Assembly (NCBI RefSeq): GCF_022539665.2
Contig: NC_081331.1
Coordinates: forward strand, 13,578,001-13,642,000
Source of the DNA: Daphnia carinata
Lineage: Eukaryota
DNA length: 64,000 bases
Direction of reading: 5' to 3'
Each line of letters opens with the position of its first letter. Positions within the stretch are counted from its first letter, which is position 1. The notes below the pieces were generated by a model. It saw only the letters and a program-made list of their open reading frames with translations. It was not told where the DNA came from and searched no databases. Below, piece after piece: positions 61,023-64,000 of the stretch. The position numbers were made by a program, and so were the translations under genes.

Positions 61023-62548
61023 ATGCCTGGTCTTTTTGAGCTATGGAACCGGAAAAAGAGGAGGGATTCGACATTGTCGTCCGAGACGATGCTAGCCTGC
61101 AGTCGGAATGATCCTTCTCTGACTCGGGCAGCTACTGCGGAATTCATTGGGACCTTCGTTCTCGTTGTAAGTCCTTAATCTATTCTACAATCATAAGAAA
61201 AAACATTTACTTGAACTTTGTGTAATCTCAGGCGATAGGCAATGGCAGTGTGGCCCAGTCACTGTTAACTAATGGCGAAAAGGGCAACTATTTCACCCTC
61301 AACTGGGGATGGGGTATAGGATGTTTCTTAGGCATTCTGATATCCGCTAAAACATCAGGTATCGATTATTAATTATTTTTAGTTAGCTACTTCCCTTTAT
61401 TCCACAGCTAGATGATTTGGCGTCAAAGAATCATTGCTTTTCATTCCAATTGCTTTTCTCTTCAATAAACCAAGGGGGTCACATAAATCCGGCCGTGACG
61501 ATGGCTCTGGCGATGACGAAAGAATTCCCATGGAACAGGCTACCGGCATATTGGTGTGCACAATATCTGGGAGCTCTCGCAGCATCTTGCACAGTTCTAG
61601 CTGCATATTACGGTAACTTTAGCTGGTGGTTATGTTTTGTTAGTAGCAGTTTGAAATTGTTTTAATCTTGTCGCTCTACATAGAGGCCATCATGGATGGT
61701 AAAGTGAACGGTGAATTCAGAATCCACAAAGATCCTTCCGATCCAGGCTCAGCGGCTATTTTTGCCAATTATCCAGCTCCCTATTCATCAGCTAGTGCTG
61801 GCCTAATGGAAGAGGTTAGGGATTCCACACATTATTTTCTGCTGTCCAATTTATGAACGTTCAAATTTTTCGCAAGATTTTGTCCACTGTGATCTTCATG
61901 TTGGTTATCCGTGTGGTAACCGCTAAGCAATCAAAAGTACCCAGTTTTCTGCAACCGCTTTACATAGGATTCACTTTACTTGCAATCGGCTTGTCTTATG
62001 GATCAAACGGCGGCTATGCTCTGAATCCGGTTGGTTGTTATAGTTCTTCATTATTTAAGTCAAGTTTCTTTAATCTGTTCATTTGCTCCATCTTTTGAAA
62101 CCAAAGGCTAGAGATTTCGCTCCTCGAGTTGTTACGCTTTTCGCTGGATGGGGAATCCATGTTTTCAGGTAAATTGTTTCATTTCCTTCTGTTGAGTCTT
62201 GAATTTACAATTCCCATTTTATATAGCATTCGTGGTTACAATTGGTTCTGGATTTATCTGGTGGGACCGCACATCGGAGCTATTCTGGGCGTAATCATTT
62301 TCAATCTCTTCCTGAAGCAAGATAGGACAATAGACGACACAAGATCAGAATCTCCTTCAGTCGATTTAGAAAATGGATATGGCAAAGAGCTTGATGTGAT
62401 ATGGCGGATGAACGAAAATCGGGACATCGAATCCGATATGAACAAGCTGGATAAAGAAAATCCTCCGCGTTATAGCGTAGCCTACGCTAACAGCAGGCCG
62501 CAATTAGGCCGTGGCCTATCGTGTCCAGTTGCGACAACGAGCAGGTAG
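61023..62548 (+). CDS. aquaglyceroporin (AQP3/7/9/10-like MIP channel), copy 2, ~358 aa
   Basis: 7 exons: 61023-61166, 61232-61358, 61475-61612, 61684-61814, 61877-62029, 62107-62168, 62227-62548. Motifs: AEFIGT, SGGHINPAVT, GYALNPARD, WFWIYLVGP; same intron positions as copy 1. Confidence 0.95.
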
Positions 62549-63030
62549 ACTATGATCAACTGCTGCTTCTGAAACCTTATTTTGTTCAATGAAGAACAAT
62601 TACCAACTATGATGAACGATTTAAGTTTTCAAACATGAAGTAAGTCTGCCCAATTTTAACAAAGGACGCTGTCCTAAATGTTGATTTAAAGGCTTCTTGT
62701 TATGCCTACTGTTAATTTATATTGTTTAGTTAGTATTTAAATACATGCTCATTTCTAGCGTAATACAACACGTCTGCTAAAATGGTGCTTGCTACAATCA
62801 GTGTGTTCGTCCTACTGTTAAGCTATCGGTAATTTCTAAATCAAACATGTACTTACAGTAGAAAATTGCAGAGTTTATTCGGAATTTGGATACAGCAAAC
62901 GATGAAGTTTGTTACAACAGAACTTAAATTCTGTTAGCCATCCTTTTAAAGCGCCAAGGCATTTTAAAAAACCGTTTCAGTTGTTCGGATTGTTCGGAAT
63001 ATAGCAGAATTGTTACGCCTTCGTCAAACG

Positions 63031-63951
63031 TTATGTGAAGCTATCGGACTTTTGAGAACGTGGGCGAGATGATTCCGGCACTACGCCGATATTCCGGTTC
63101 AACTCGAAGAATTGCGGGCTAGATGCGCAATTCACATCAGGCCACCTACAACAATGAAAGGGTTAAAAAAAAAAAAGGCAACATGTTTTTCAATAATTCA
63201 AATTGCCATGCAAGTACCATTGGCATACGAAGACTTCTTGATTGAAAATGGTGCCATTCGGGCACAGGAAGGAAGCCTTAATGGGTTCGGCATCCGGAAT
63301 GTTTGTACATACATGGAAAACTTGGCAACGAGTCTCGATGTCAGCGTAATAGCCTGATAGTATAACAGTAGTTATTCAATCGTATAAACCTTTATTTAAA
63401 TCGCCTTGTTTGGCTTCAGTTCGTGAAATTAATGGCCTATACATTACCGTCTTTTTGCCCTGTGCATTTAAATGAAGTCCTTGGTATTTTGTCTAAAATC
63501 GGGTAATCAAATTCGGGTTCGCCAGGAATAGATTCCCTAAAATCCCAGAATGCGATCTCTTCATCGATTGGTTGGTGTTGAATAGTAGCTAAAGAGTTTT
63601 GATCCGCAAGAATTGCTGGAAAACTTTGACCGGGCTGAATTTCTTGAATTTCTAACGGAGCTGGATCTTCTTCGATTTGCTGCTGAACAACTTCGGGCGG
63701 TTGAAAGGCGATAGAAAAATTCACTTGATAATCCTCTTGATTGCTGCTGGACGGCACCAATAAAGGATTCGTTGGTGGTACGTAAGAATAGCCGGAATTA
63801 AGTGCCACTGTCCGCGATGTCACGGGAACGTTAATTTCAGATTTGATTTGCGTGTCTGGTGCAGAACCGAATCCGATATTCTGTCTGTTGCGGCGGCCAA
63901 TTCGTTGGCCATACTCCTGGGTAGAAATGGACGCTGCCACTAAAATGATGG
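63031..63951 (-). CDS. secreted chitin-binding type-2 (peritrophin-A/CBM14, CPAP1-like) protein; first exon outside the window
   Basis: exons 63951-63448, 63353-63218, 63145-63031; IPGEPEFDYPI...TSFKC...GYYADIETRCQVFHVC...SFLCPNGTIFNQEVFVCQWWPDVNC (six Cys); rest of a signal peptide follows acceptor ttttgttag|. Confidence 0.92.
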
Positions 63952-64000
63952 CTAACAAAATGTAGAACAATTTAAATTTAAAATAAACATTTTACAGCCA

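Noticed and set aside
63952..63970. ORF-track start (TTG) for the chitin-binding gene
   Set aside because: It lies upstream of a ttttgttag acceptor and is probably intronic; the true ATG is likely beyond the window.

Overview
Eukaryotic, intron-rich arthropod genomic DNA. The ~60-110 nt introns, gene content and homopolymer-rich non-coding DNA suggest a branchiopod crustacean such as Daphnia (inference). Bases ~1-50,000 (+) hold a dunce/PDE4 cAMP phosphodiesterase locus: I reconstructed 13 shared coding exons in one continuous frame (UCR1, UCR2, catalytic domain, C-terminal tail; stop at 48029) and up to seven candidate alternative first coding exons, each with a splice phase matching the next shared exon. 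A ~2.3 kb non-coding, palindrome- and repeat-rich element (~50160-52430) separates it from a convergent 11-exon M1 aminopeptidase (-). Two tandem 7-exon aquaglyceroporins (+) and the 3' part of a ChtBD2/peritrophin-A chitin-binding gene (-) follow. Most ORF-track entries are spurious translations of introns. There is no CRISPR, rRNA, tRNA or transposase signal, and I cannot support a wholly new biological system. The best leads are the dunce isoform architecture, an altered UCR1 phosphorylation cassette, CRE palindromes in dunce introns, and the palindromic element. All coordinates were read by eye.
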